From: Hylemonella sp. UBA6679
Lineage (GTDB): Bacteria; Pseudomonadota; Gammaproteobacteria; Burkholderiales; Burkholderiaceae_C
Direction: 5' to 3'
Assembly: GCA_002454975.1 (NCBI GenBank)
Contig: DKJZ01000109.1
Span: forward strand, 11,685-75,684
DNA: 64,000 bases
Shown piece by piece: positions 37,132-44,224 of the stretch (within the stretch, counting starts at the first letter, position 1; every line of letters starts with the position of its first letter). Both the position numbers and the translations under genes were made by a program. The notes under the pieces are model-generated. The model made no database searches, was not told the origin of the DNA, and worked only from the letters and a program-made list of their open reading frames with translations.

Positions 37132-37515
37132 TTAATCTCCTCGCAAAGCGCGTTTGAGGCCGTTGATTCGGTTCTCGAGAATGCTCAGCGTGGCTTGGTA
37201 TTCACCTGCCGCTTGACCGTACTGGGCTTGCTCGATGTTGAGTTCGACGGTATTGCCGTCAAATGAGTTGTTGAAAGGGATGCGGTACATCATCCCGGGG
37301 TTTTCGTTGGCATCTGCCAGCGCGATGTGCGAGCTGCTGGTGGTTTTCAACGAGCTGTCTGCCAACTCCGCCAAGACCTTGCTGAATTTGATGTCCCGAG
37401 CTTTGTATTGCGGTGTATCCGCGTTGGCGATGTTTTGTGACAAGACCTCCATGCGCCGACTGCGCGATGCAAGCGCTTTGGCGCTGATGCCCACCACGTC
37501 GTCGATCGATTTCAT
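37132..37515 (-). CDS. flgB: Proximal rod protein FlgB
   Basis: 127 aa; RRMEVLSQNIANADTPQYKARDI. Confidence 0.95.
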   Translation of the reverse strand: MKSIDDVVGISAKALASRSRRMEVLSQNIANADTPQYKARDIKFSKVLAELADSSLKTTSSSHIALADANENPGMMYRIPFNNSFDGNTVELNIEQAQYGQAAGEYQATLSILENRINGLKRALRGD

Positions 37516-37587
37516 GTGTCTGTCCTTGAAAGCTTGGTTGGAAATAATGTGTCGAACAGATTCAAGTTCGACTCACAGCGTTCGATT

Positions 37588-37602
37588 GCAAAAGACGTGC
37601 CA
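37588..37602 (-). promoter_or_regulatory. Sigma-54 promoter of the flgB operon
   Basis: The minus strand reads TGGCAC-GTCTT-TTGC. Predicted TSS is about 37576, 61 nt before the ATG at 37515 (AAGGA RBS). Confidence 0.8.
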
Positions 37603-37661
37603 TGGATTTATTGCCGTTTTTGTCGTGTTTTCTGACAGTTGCCGTCTTCCTGGGCGTTGGA

Positions 37662-37679
37662 GCGGCAAGCCTTTGCCGC
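37662..37679. promoter_or_regulatory. Perfect palindrome GCGGCAA-GCCT-TTGCCGC upstream of the flgB sigma-54 promoter (candidate UAS)
   Basis: Centred about 94 bp upstream of the predicted flgB TSS. No T-tract follows on the minus strand, so it is a poor terminator. Further TTGCCG half-sites lie near 37611, 37639 and 37684. Confidence 0.45.
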
Positions 37680-37701
37680 CACGTTGCCGCTTTGGTGAGG
37701 T

Positions 37702-38736
37702 TCATCGCTGCACGTTGTCGACGTTGTCAACCGCGCGGTATTCCGCCGAGCGTTGCGCTTGCAAGCGGTTGGGCAGGGCGTTGCTCAGGTTCTGACCGAA
37801 GTTGCCCAAGCGGTCCATGGTGTTTTGAACCAGGCCTTGCAAGATGGAGTTGCGGGTGATGGACGACTGCGGATTGCGCCCTTCATACAAGGCATGCGCC
37901 TGGTTGCCGGGTATACCCAAAGGCGCCTCGGGTCGCGTCTCGGCACGGGCTGCAGGTTGCAGCACCGCCAAATAAAGTTCATCCAGTGGCACTTGACCTT
38001 GCTTGTTCAGACCCACCTTATCGAAATAGGTGTCGACCAAATGCAACTGCTGGTAAACACTCAGGCTTTGGATGGCGCGAGGCGCATGGCCAAAGCCTAC
38101 GCTGGCAGCGCCGCGGGCTGGGCCATCGCAAAACTGGATGATCCCGTGGCATCGCTGGTTGGTGGCTTGCGGGTTCATGCCGTCGCTCTCCATGAGTGTG
38201 AGCTGCGCAAAATCGTCGGGTGAAAACTTGTGCTTGCCTGCCACTTGCAAGATTTTGTTGTAGACGTCTTGCTTTTCATTGGGAGGAATGAAGCCGCGTG
38301 CCACAGCTCTGTCCAGCGTTTGTCGCAGCACCGGGTGTGCTGGTGCTGCCGATGCAGTTTTAGCTGTCAACACAGCCTGGGTGCTAGGCGCAGGGGGCTG
38401 AACTGTGTTCGTTGCCAGGCCCGATGTGTTGGTTTTTTGAGCCATGACCTCACCAGCAGGGTCGGCCCAGCGGGCATGAAGACTGGCTATGTTGAGCTGC
38501 TGGCCAATGAAGATTCGGTTGGGGTTGGCAATGCCGTGGTCTTTGGCCAGGGCCATGACCGAGCGAAATTCCTGGGCATTGTTGAGTTGCACCCCGCGGC
38601 TTTGCGCCTCTTGCCGAACGATATGGCTCAGGGTGTCGCCATTTTTGACCGTGCGAAGGGCCACAGCGCCATGTGGCTCTTGCGGCTTGCTGGGTCTGCT
38701 TAAACCGGGGCTTTGGGAGGTGTCATTAATTCGCAT
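37702..38736 (-). CDS. LysM-domain protein with a lytic-transglycosylase-like C-terminal domain; no signal peptide
   Basis: N-terminal LysM (RTVKNGDTLSHIV...NPNRIFIGQQLNI). The C-terminal TLMESDGMNPQATNQRCHGIIQF resembles the SLT E-S...NP...G(L/I)(M/I)Q motif. The N-terminus MRINDTSQSPGLSRPSKPQEPHG is hydrophilic. Confidence 0.65.
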   Translation of the reverse strand: MRINDTSQSPGLSRPSKPQEPHGAVALRTVKNGDTLSHIVRQEAQSRGVQLNNAQEFRSVMALAKDHGIANPNRIFIGQQLNIASLHARWADPAGEVMAQKTNTSGLATNTVQPPAPSTQAVLTAKTASAAPAHPVLRQTLDRAVARGFIPPNEKQDVYNKILQVAGKHKFSPDDFAQLTLMESDGMNPQATNQRCHGIIQFCDGPARGAASVGFGHAPRAIQSLSVYQQLHLVDTYFDKVGLNKQGQVPLDELYLAVLQPAARAETRPEAPLGIPGNQAHALYEGRNPQSSITRNSILQGLVQNTMDRLGNFGQNLSNALPNRLQAQRSAEYRAVDNVDNVQR

Positions 38737-38750
38737 GGCATCTTTATTGC
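38736..38750 (+). promoter_or_regulatory. Sigma-54 promoter of flgA, overlapping the first codons of the divergent LysM gene
   Basis: TGGCAT-CTTTA-TTGC. The ATG at 38763 lies 12 nt after the TTGC, so the predicted TSS (about 38762) abuts the start codon. Confidence 0.6.
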
Positions 38751-38762
38751 AAGGGTTGGGTC

Positions 38763-39512
38763 ATGTCAAACAACAGTGTCAAAACTTCAACACCCATGCA
38801 CAGACTTGTGCAAATCTTGTGCCTGACGTTTTTTTGTCTGTTTTTGAGCGGCTTGCCCGCCCACGCTCAGGTCAACACGCCAGCCCAAGACATGGCGCTT
38901 CAGGTACGCCAGTGGCTGGCCAAAGCCCATGGCGTGGAGAGCTCGTCGGTGGACATTGCCCCTTTGGACACCCGATTGAAGGTGCAAACCTGTGCTCAAA
39001 GTTTGACGGTGGACCACCCCTTTGCCTCCCGCGACACAGTGCGGGTGCGTTGTGCTCAGCCGGTGTGGCAGCTCTATTTGCAGGTGAGTTTTGCTGCGCC
39101 GACCACCTCCCAGGCCAAGGCTGGCCCTGTAAAAACCATGGTCGTTCCCAAGCGTTTGCTACCTCGCGGCACCTTGCTTGAGCCCGAGATGCTCGAGGAA
39201 GTCGCCATGAACACCCAGGGCGCCGACACTTCTTTGTTGAGCACCATCAAAGACGTTGAACACGCTGAGTTGGTTCGCGACATGACCGCAGGCTCGCCCA
39301 TTCGCAGCTCAGACCTCCGACGTGCCACCATGGTCAAGCAAGGCCAGCAGGTGATGATGGTGATTGGCGAAAAGTCAGCTTTTCAGGTGATCATCAGGGC
39401 TGAGGCGATGCAAGATGGTCGCATGGGTGAGCAGGTTAAGCTCAAAAATACCGAGTCTGGGCGCCAGATTTCGGGGGTGGTGATCGGGCCTAACCAGGTT
39501 CGGGGGCTTTAA
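38763..39512 (+). CDS. flgA: P-ring assembly chaperone FlgA
   Basis: Signal-like N-terminus. The C-terminal SAF-type region GEQVKLKNTESGRQISGVVIGPNQVRG is typical of FlgA. Alternative start at 38796 (MHRLVQILCLTFF...). Confidence 0.85.
   Translation: MSNNSVKTSTPMHRLVQILCLTFFCLFLSGLPAHAQVNTPAQDMALQVRQWLAKAHGVESSSVDIAPLDTRLKVQTCAQSLTVDHPFASRDTVRVRCAQPVWQLYLQVSFAAPTTSQAKAGPVKTMVVPKRLLPRGTLLEPEMLEEVAMNTQGADTSLLSTIKDVEHAELVRDMTAGSPIRSSDLRRATMVKQGQQVMMVIGEKSAFQVIIRAEAMQDGRMGEQVKLKNTESGRQISGVVIGPNQVRGL
38810..38824 (-). promoter_or_regulatory. Sigma-54-type promoter for the LysM/SLT-like gene, located inside the flgA 5' coding region
   Basis: The minus strand reads AGGCAC-AAGAT-TTGC (GG and GC correctly spaced). 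Predicted TSS is about 38798, 62 nt before the ATG at 38736. Confidence 0.5.
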
Positions 39513-39526
39513 ATGCAAATAGCTGC

Positions 39527-39553
39527 TCAAGTTTTAGAATCTGAGTCCGAATC
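39527..39553 (+). promoter_or_regulatory. FliA (sigma-28)-type promoter of flgMN
   Basis: TCAAGTTT-N11-TCCGAATC, 53 nt upstream of the flgM ATG. A class III promoter before flgM is the canonical arrangement. Confidence 0.8.
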
Positions 39554-39605
39554 ATCACATGCCAAACCCCCATTCTGGGTTTGAGAACCGGAAAGAGAGC
39601 TTGTC

Positions 39606-39926
39606 ATGACCGATCCCATCTACAACAAACCACTGCGAGGTCCATCCGACCCCTTGCAACGTGCGGTCTTGGACAAAACAGAAAAAAAAGCGCCTGCAGC
39701 TACGGCGAGCAGCTCGGAAAACACCGCGCCAACCCGCTCCACCCGTGCCCCCGGACCCGACGAGTTGTTGTTGAGCAACGTGGCAGCACGTGCCCAGGCT
39801 GAGCCTGCGTATGACAAAGCCAAGGTTGAGTCCATCAAGCAAGCCATTCAAGATGGTCAGTACCCGCTTGATCCACGTCGTATAGCCGAGAGCTTTCACG
39901 CTTTGGAGCGCATGATCCGTGACTGA
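39606..39926 (+). CDS. flgM: Anti-sigma-28 factor FlgM
   Basis: 106 aa. The C-terminal KVESIKQAIQDGQYPLDPRRIAESF is typical of FlgM. Confidence 0.9.
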   Translation: MTDPIYNKPLRGPSDPLQRAVLDKTEKKAPAATASSSENTAPTRSTRAPGPDELLLSNVAARAQAEPAYDKAKVESIKQAIQDGQYPLDPRRIAESFHALERMIRD

Positions 39927-40299
39927 TACCGTGCTGGCCCAAGCGGCCGAACTCACCCGTTTGCTGCACCTGGAGTTTGAGGCGCTCAAAAACCAGGACC
40001 TGGACTTGTTTGAGTCCTTGCAGCCGGGTAAGTCCGAGCTGTTGGGTAGCCTTGGAGAGTCATGCCCGCCCGCGCAAGCCCTGCAAAACGACGCTGCCAT
40101 GCAGCCCTTGCGAGATCTGTTGCTGCAATGCCGTGATTTGCATCGGCGTAATGCCATGCTGATTGAGCGTAAGCTCGACACGATTCGCGGTGCCCTGCAC
40201 AGCTTGCGTACTGGTGAGAACGCCAGCCCACTGGAGGTTTACGATCGCTTGGGACAGGTGGCACGTTTTAACCGTGGCCGGGGTTACCAAGAAGCCTGA
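39919..40299 (+). CDS. flgN: Flagellar chaperone FlgN
   Basis: 126-aa helical protein with a GTG start overlapping the flgM stop. FlgN-like N-terminus (LLHLEFEALKNQDLDLFESL). Confidence 0.8.
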   Translation: MTDTVLAQAAELTRLLHLEFEALKNQDLDLFESLQPGKSELLGSLGESCPPAQALQNDAAMQPLRDLLLQCRDLHRRNAMLIERKLDTIRGALHSLRTGENASPLEVYDRLGQVARFNRGRGYQEA

Positions 40300-40302
40300 G
40301 CG

Positions 40303-40620
40303 TCAAGGCGTCGCTTGAGGCGACGTCGGTGGTGTTGATGGTGTTTGTGTTGCCTTTTCATCCCCCGGACGCATGCCCTTGAGCCAATACACCCACGACA
40401 AGACCACCGCAACAACGGTGTAGAGCTCCTGAGGAATTTCCTCGTCCACCTTCAAGCGGCTCAGCAGTGCCAGCAGTTGTGGGTCTTCGGTGATGAACAC
40501 GCCTTGGCGCTTTGCTTCTTCAATCATGCGCCAAGCCACATCCTCCTCGCCCTTGGCCGTGACCAAAGGGACAGGGTTGCGGCCGTAGGCCAGCGCGATG
40601 GCTTGGCGCTTGTGGCTCAT
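40303..40620 (-). CDS. Free-standing FlhB C-terminal-domain paralog (FhlB/YlqH-like)
   Basis: 105 aa. AIALAYGRNPVPLVTAKGEEDVAWRMIEEAKRQGVFITEDPQLLALLSRLKVDEEIPQELYTVVAVVLSWVY aligns with the post-NPTH part of FlhB/YscU C-domains. No TM domain. Confidence 0.8.
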   Translation of the reverse strand: MSHKRQAIALAYGRNPVPLVTAKGEEDVAWRMIEEAKRQGVFITEDPQLLALLSRLKVDEEIPQELYTVVAVVLSWVYWLKGMRPGDEKATQTPSTPPTSPQATP

Positions 40621-41702
40621 GCGCGTATGTCCACCACCAGCCCGCGACCCGAAGGTGTCCAGTCAGCATCTTGGGCAGGGCGTACGCCATGCACAACCTT
40701 GAAAGCTTGAAGGTTCAGACCAGCCTGGTTCAGCTCGCTGGCCAAGGCCGCTTGTTGCGTGCGTGCTTGTTGGGCCACATCAGCCATTTCGGCCCACATC
40801 GTGAGCTCGACCGTGCTGGTGCCGATGAGTTTGGTCTGTAGCCACACGGGCCCCAAGGTGTCGCTTTTCGAATGCACGTTGACGGTGATGATCGGCTCTG
40901 TACTGTCGCTGCGCGCAGGACGACGAAAGGTGAGTTCGATTGGTTGACCGTCAACAAAGGGCAGCGTCATGCTGAACATGATTTCGTTCTGTGCCTGGGC
41001 TTGTACCGCTTGAACTTGGTGCGCTTCGAGCTGGTCGATGGCGCGCTGTACGTTGTGGGCGCTGGGACTGTCCTCACCCTGGATCAGATCGTCTTGTTGC
41101 AAGGCGTCGAGCAAACCCCGCAGGAACTGCTTGGGGTCTTGACCTGGCATGTTTCGGCCGCGAGCCAGCCATACCTCAGAACCCATGGCCCCCATGAGCG
41201 CGAGCCTCAAGGCCTGTGGGTTCATGCCAGCGAGCGACAGTTGCAGGTTCTGCCACTGCGCCTGAAGGTCGGGGCGGGCCAAGCCTTCGAGCAGCCGGGC
41301 CATCTGTCGACCCTCCAACACCTGGCTCAGGTCGGTCATGCCACTGGGTCGATAGAGCAAATTGGCAATGCGTGACACCAAAGGGGGGGCCAAAGTCATT
41401 GGGACATTGGTCTGCCCAGATGACAGAGGTAGCAAACCCCACTGACCGTCGGCGCGTTCTTGCACCCGCAGCCAGATGGATTGGCCAGCCAGTGCGGTCT
41501 GAATATTGGGTGCCTCGATCATCTTGCCTTTGAGCAACAGCGATGTCTCACCTCCAATGAGCCGTACCGCTGCTTGAACCACCTGTGCGTCTTGCAGTTT
41601 GAGTTCAGCCGCGGTGCTGGCTTGCAGCGACACGAGCCGCCCCTCCAGGTAAATGGTGGGTACGCGGTTGGTAACGGGCAGCGCCTCGGCCGTTTGGATC
41701 AT
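40617..41702 (-). CDS. Second FliK-like protein (C-terminal Flg_hook-type domain)
   Basis: 361 aa. The C-terminal region MTLPFVDGQPIELTFRR...VNVHSKSDTLGPVWLQTKL...ELTMWAE..DVAQQARTQQAALASELNQAGL resembles the FliK substrate-specificity-switch domain. 4-nt overlaps with both neighbours. Confidence 0.6.
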   Translation of the reverse strand: MIQTAEALPVTNRVPTIYLEGRLVSLQASTAAELKLQDAQVVQAAVRLIGGETSLLLKGKMIEAPNIQTALAGQSIWLRVQERADGQWGLLPLSSGQTNVPMTLAPPLVSRIANLLYRPSGMTDLSQVLEGRQMARLLEGLARPDLQAQWQNLQLSLAGMNPQALRLALMGAMGSEVWLARGRNMPGQDPKQFLRGLLDALQQDDLIQGEDSPSAHNVQRAIDQLEAHQVQAVQAQAQNEIMFSMTLPFVDGQPIELTFRRPARSDSTEPIITVNVHSKSDTLGPVWLQTKLIGTSTVELTMWAEMADVAQQARTQQAALASELNQAGLNLQAFKVVHGVRPAQDADWTPSGRGLVVDIRA

Positions 41703-42178
41703 GGGTAGCGCACCCAGTCACGCCTTGCGGTGGGGTCAGGGGCGGGCGCAGGAGACAGGCTGGCCAAAGCCGGCTCGGACACCAAAGGTATGAGTGTACC
41801 CATCGCGATGTGGCCGTGATCAGGCATCGTCAGGGTAGAACCAGGCTTGAGGCGCACGCTTTTGCCATGACCTAAAGCAGGGTTGGCCGCCAGCACCGCG
41901 CTGCGCAGCACTTCTGTTTTGAGGGGGCTGGCTTTGTAGTGGCTGGCCAGCAGCTTGTCCAGGGTGTCGCTTTTTTTCACCAGGTAGGGCGTGCCTGGTC
42001 CAGGCAAGGCTGGGCTGTTGCTGGTTGGGCTGGCAGCGTTGGTGGTTGTGGGCTTGCTGTGACTTGGTTCAGCCGCCCGCGAGGGGAGGGTATTCAAAGC
42101 AGCGATGCAAACGAACAGCAATGCCGACATCGCCGTGGCATGTGTCTTGGAGGCGAGGTGTTGAGCATCAGCTTGCAT
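41699..42178 (-). CDS. Secreted LysM-like (FimV-type) protein
   Basis: I trimmed the ORF to Met 42178, giving the signal peptide MSALLFVCIAALNTLPSRAAEP. YLVKKSDTLDKLLASHY...ANPAL...RLKPGSTLTMP resembles a peptidoglycan-binding LysM motif. Confidence 0.5.
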   Translation of the reverse strand: MQADAQHLASKTHATAMSALLFVCIAALNTLPSRAAEPSHSKPTTTNAASPTSNSPALPGPGTPYLVKKSDTLDKLLASHYKASPLKTEVLRSAVLAANPALGHGKSVRLKPGSTLTMPDHGHIAMGTLIPLVSEPALASLSPAPAPDPTARRDWVRYP

Positions 42179-42192
42179 GACAAGGCCTTTGT

Positions 42193-43569
42193 TTATCGTG
42201 GGGCGGCGCCTAACGCCAGGTTGGAGCGAGATTTGGGCAAAGCCGTGACTGGCAAGCTCACCGGGGTGTCTTGGCGCAAAGTCTGTGTGGGCCAGGCCCG
42301 CCAATTAGGTTGAACCGCCTGGGTGGGGCCTGCCAACACCGTCAGCATGGCCTCGTGCGCCGAGACGGCGTCCACCCGCGCCAAAAGGGTTTGTGGCGCT
42401 CCGTCTTTGGCCGCCAGGTGTTGTGGGAAACGGGCTGGGTCGGCAATCAACCATTCCTCGCCGGGCTGTACCCCTGCCAAGGCACCGGCATTGATGATGA
42501 GCTGTTGTTGCCTAGCCGCTGTCACTGCGGGTTGCACCACCTCGCACATGAGCCACTGGTTGAGGGTCTGGTGCCAGGCCATGAGTTGGTTGCTTAATGC
42601 GCGCTGGCTACTGGCAGTCAGGGTGGGTCGGCGCCACTCGGGCAGGTCCATCTCCAGGGTCAGGCTGGTCTGAACGTGCTGGCTTGCCCTGTGCCGGTCG
42701 GTGGGGCTGAGGGAGAGCGTCATGCTCAGGTCAACTTCACGCGGTGTGCTGGGACCCAACCAAGACACACCCGAGCTCATGGCAGGGCGGGCCGTGACTT
42801 TCAGTGTGGCTTGCCATGGCATTTCAGGCGGCAGTGTGCTGAGCAACAAGCGTTCGTAGGCGCTGACCTCACGCGCCAACAGAGGCCGTGACAGGTCGGA
42901 CACAAAACGCCACGCCTGGGTGCTGGGCTGGGCTTGGGGGCCTAGCCATTGTTCTTGCAGCAGGGCAGGCAAGCCTTGCGCGACTAGGGGGTGGGTGTCA
43001 CTGGGCATCTCCAACGCAAACTTCACCACATGGCGCAGGTGGTCGGCAGTACTTTTGCTTGGGCAGCTGGCGTCGTTTTTTTCAATGCTTGCCTGAGCAA
43101 CTTTAGCTTCTTTTTTGATAGCAGGTTTACCAGTTGTAGCGCTGCTTTCAGCTATATTCAACCAAGCTTTGGGTGCGCCTTGCTCGTCCCGCTCAAAGCC
43201 CATCACACGCACGCCTTGTACCTGCAGGCCGTTTTTGAAACTGCTGGCCTCATGCATCACACCGCGGTGGTCCATCCAGGTTGTGCTTTGCACCTTGGTG
43301 GGCGTTTGCAAAGAGGCTTCCACCAGGCTCAGGCGGATGGCATCTAAGCGCTCTTGCGGGCTGAGCGCGCTCGTGTTTGTGCTCGGTTTGGGCGCGGTCG
43401 CTGAGGTTTGCGCCTGCGCTGCGGGTAAACCTAGGCCCATGCCCAAAGCCAGTAACAAACCGGCAAGCAGCTGGGGCTGGGGCAACAACAAAGCCAAGGG
43501 CAACGCCCAAGGCTTGGGCCAACGCTCAGGAGATTGGCTGCTGGGCAACATCACATGCTTGGGTATCAA
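42193..43569 (-). CDS. Secreted 458-aa protein of unknown function, possibly FlgT-like
   Basis: Signal peptide ending AAQAQ. The C-terminal LIINAGALAGVQPGEEWLIADP....LARVDAVSAHEAMLTVLAG resembles the small beta-barrel signature of FlgT-C/LPP20-type domains (from memory). 4-nt overlap with the flgP-like gene. Alternative ATG at 43551. Confidence 0.45.
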   Translation of the reverse strand: MIPKHVMLPSSQSPERWPKPWALPLALLLPQPQLLAGLLLALGMGLGLPAAQAQTSATAPKPSTNTSALSPQERLDAIRLSLVEASLQTPTKVQSTTWMDHRGVMHEASSFKNGLQVQGVRVMGFERDEQGAPKAWLNIAESSATTGKPAIKKEAKVAQASIEKNDASCPSKSTADHLRHVVKFALEMPSDTHPLVAQGLPALLQEQWLGPQAQPSTQAWRFVSDLSRPLLAREVSAYERLLLSTLPPEMPWQATLKVTARPAMSSGVSWLGPSTPREVDLSMTLSLSPTDRHRASQHVQTSLTLEMDLPEWRRPTLTASSQRALSNQLMAWHQTLNQWLMCEVVQPAVTAARQQQLIINAGALAGVQPGEEWLIADPARFPQHLAAKDGAPQTLLARVDAVSAHEAMLTVLAGPTQAVQPNWRAWPTQTLRQDTPVSLPVTALPKSRSNLALGAAPR

Positions 43570-44066
43570 CGCGCGCTCACGGTCACTTGACCAATGAACA
43601 CGCGGCGCAGCTCGTGCACCACATCGCGGTCCAGTGACAGGGTGGTTTCATACGTGTCGTCACCCACCGGGGTGATGCTGACAAGCCGAGCGCCATAAAT
43701 CACGCCTTCAACTTTGGTGCGAAAGGTGTCGTTGGTCACCATCATGTCTGCCACGGTGGAGTTGGCATCGAGCTGCTGGCCGTAGACCTGTTCGGTCAGG
43801 GTGCGGTAGGCGTCTAATTTAGAGGCACGGATGGCCATCAAGCGCTGCTGGGCGGGATTTTTGCTCTGTTGCACGCTGATGACTGCATAGCCCGTGGCCG
43901 TGATGGTTTCGCGTTTTTGAACAATGGGACCGCTGGGTTGGACCGCTTCGGCCACAGGGGGCGCCAGGTCTATGGTGGTGCATCCTGCCAGGCCAGACAC
44001 AGCCAAAGCCAGGGCCAGGGCCAGACTTGTGGGGTGGGCGCTGGCAGATAGTCGGGTGCTTTTCAT
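43566..44066 (-). CDS. flgP: FlgP-like (LPP20 family) flagellar outer-membrane-associated lipoprotein
   Basis: Lipobox GLAGCTT. The core ATGYAVISVQQSKNPAQQRLMAIRASKLDAYRTLTEQVYGQQL..NSTV......DTFRTKVEGVIYGARLVSITP..DDTYETTLSL matches the FlgP/LPP20 pattern. Confidence 0.75.
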   Translation of the reverse strand: MKSTRLSASAHPTSLALALALAVSGLAGCTTIDLAPPVAEAVQPSGPIVQKRETITATGYAVISVQQSKNPAQQRLMAIRASKLDAYRTLTEQVYGQQLDANSTVADMMVTNDTFRTKVEGVIYGARLVSITPVGDDTYETTLSLDRDVVHELRRVFIGQVTVSAR

Positions 44067-44132
44067 GAGGGGTCCTTGTGGTCAGTGAGCGTTTCAAGCC
44101 TCGGTAGGAGGTGATGATCCGGGACACACTTT

Positions 44133-44159
44133 GATTCGACAGCAGGTCTGAAAGCTTGA
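44133..44159 (-). promoter_or_regulatory. FliA (sigma-28)-type promoter of the flgP-like operon
   Basis: The minus strand reads TCAAGCTT-N11-GTCGAATC, 67 nt upstream of the ATG at 44066 (AAGGA RBS). Confidence 0.6.
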
Positions 44160-44194
44160 GTGATAGAAAAATCCAGCTTGCCTGCGCACAAACT

Positions 44195-44224
44195 TTGATA
44201 TTTAATAAAAACGTTAAATATATT
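44195..44224 (+). promoter_or_regulatory. Candidate sigma-70 promoter in an AT-rich island upstream of the receiver-less EBP gene
   Basis: TTGATA-N18-TATATT within a strikingly AT-rich stretch (about 44186-44268) in an otherwise GC-rich locus. Confidence 0.3.

Noticed and set aside
37562-37588. Plus-strand TCAAGTTC-N11-TTCGATTG resembling the FliA motif, overlapping the flgB sigma-54 promoter
   Set aside because: The -10 box lacks the CCGA core. The only thing downstream on the plus strand is the antisense of the LysM gene and a spurious 85-aa ORF.
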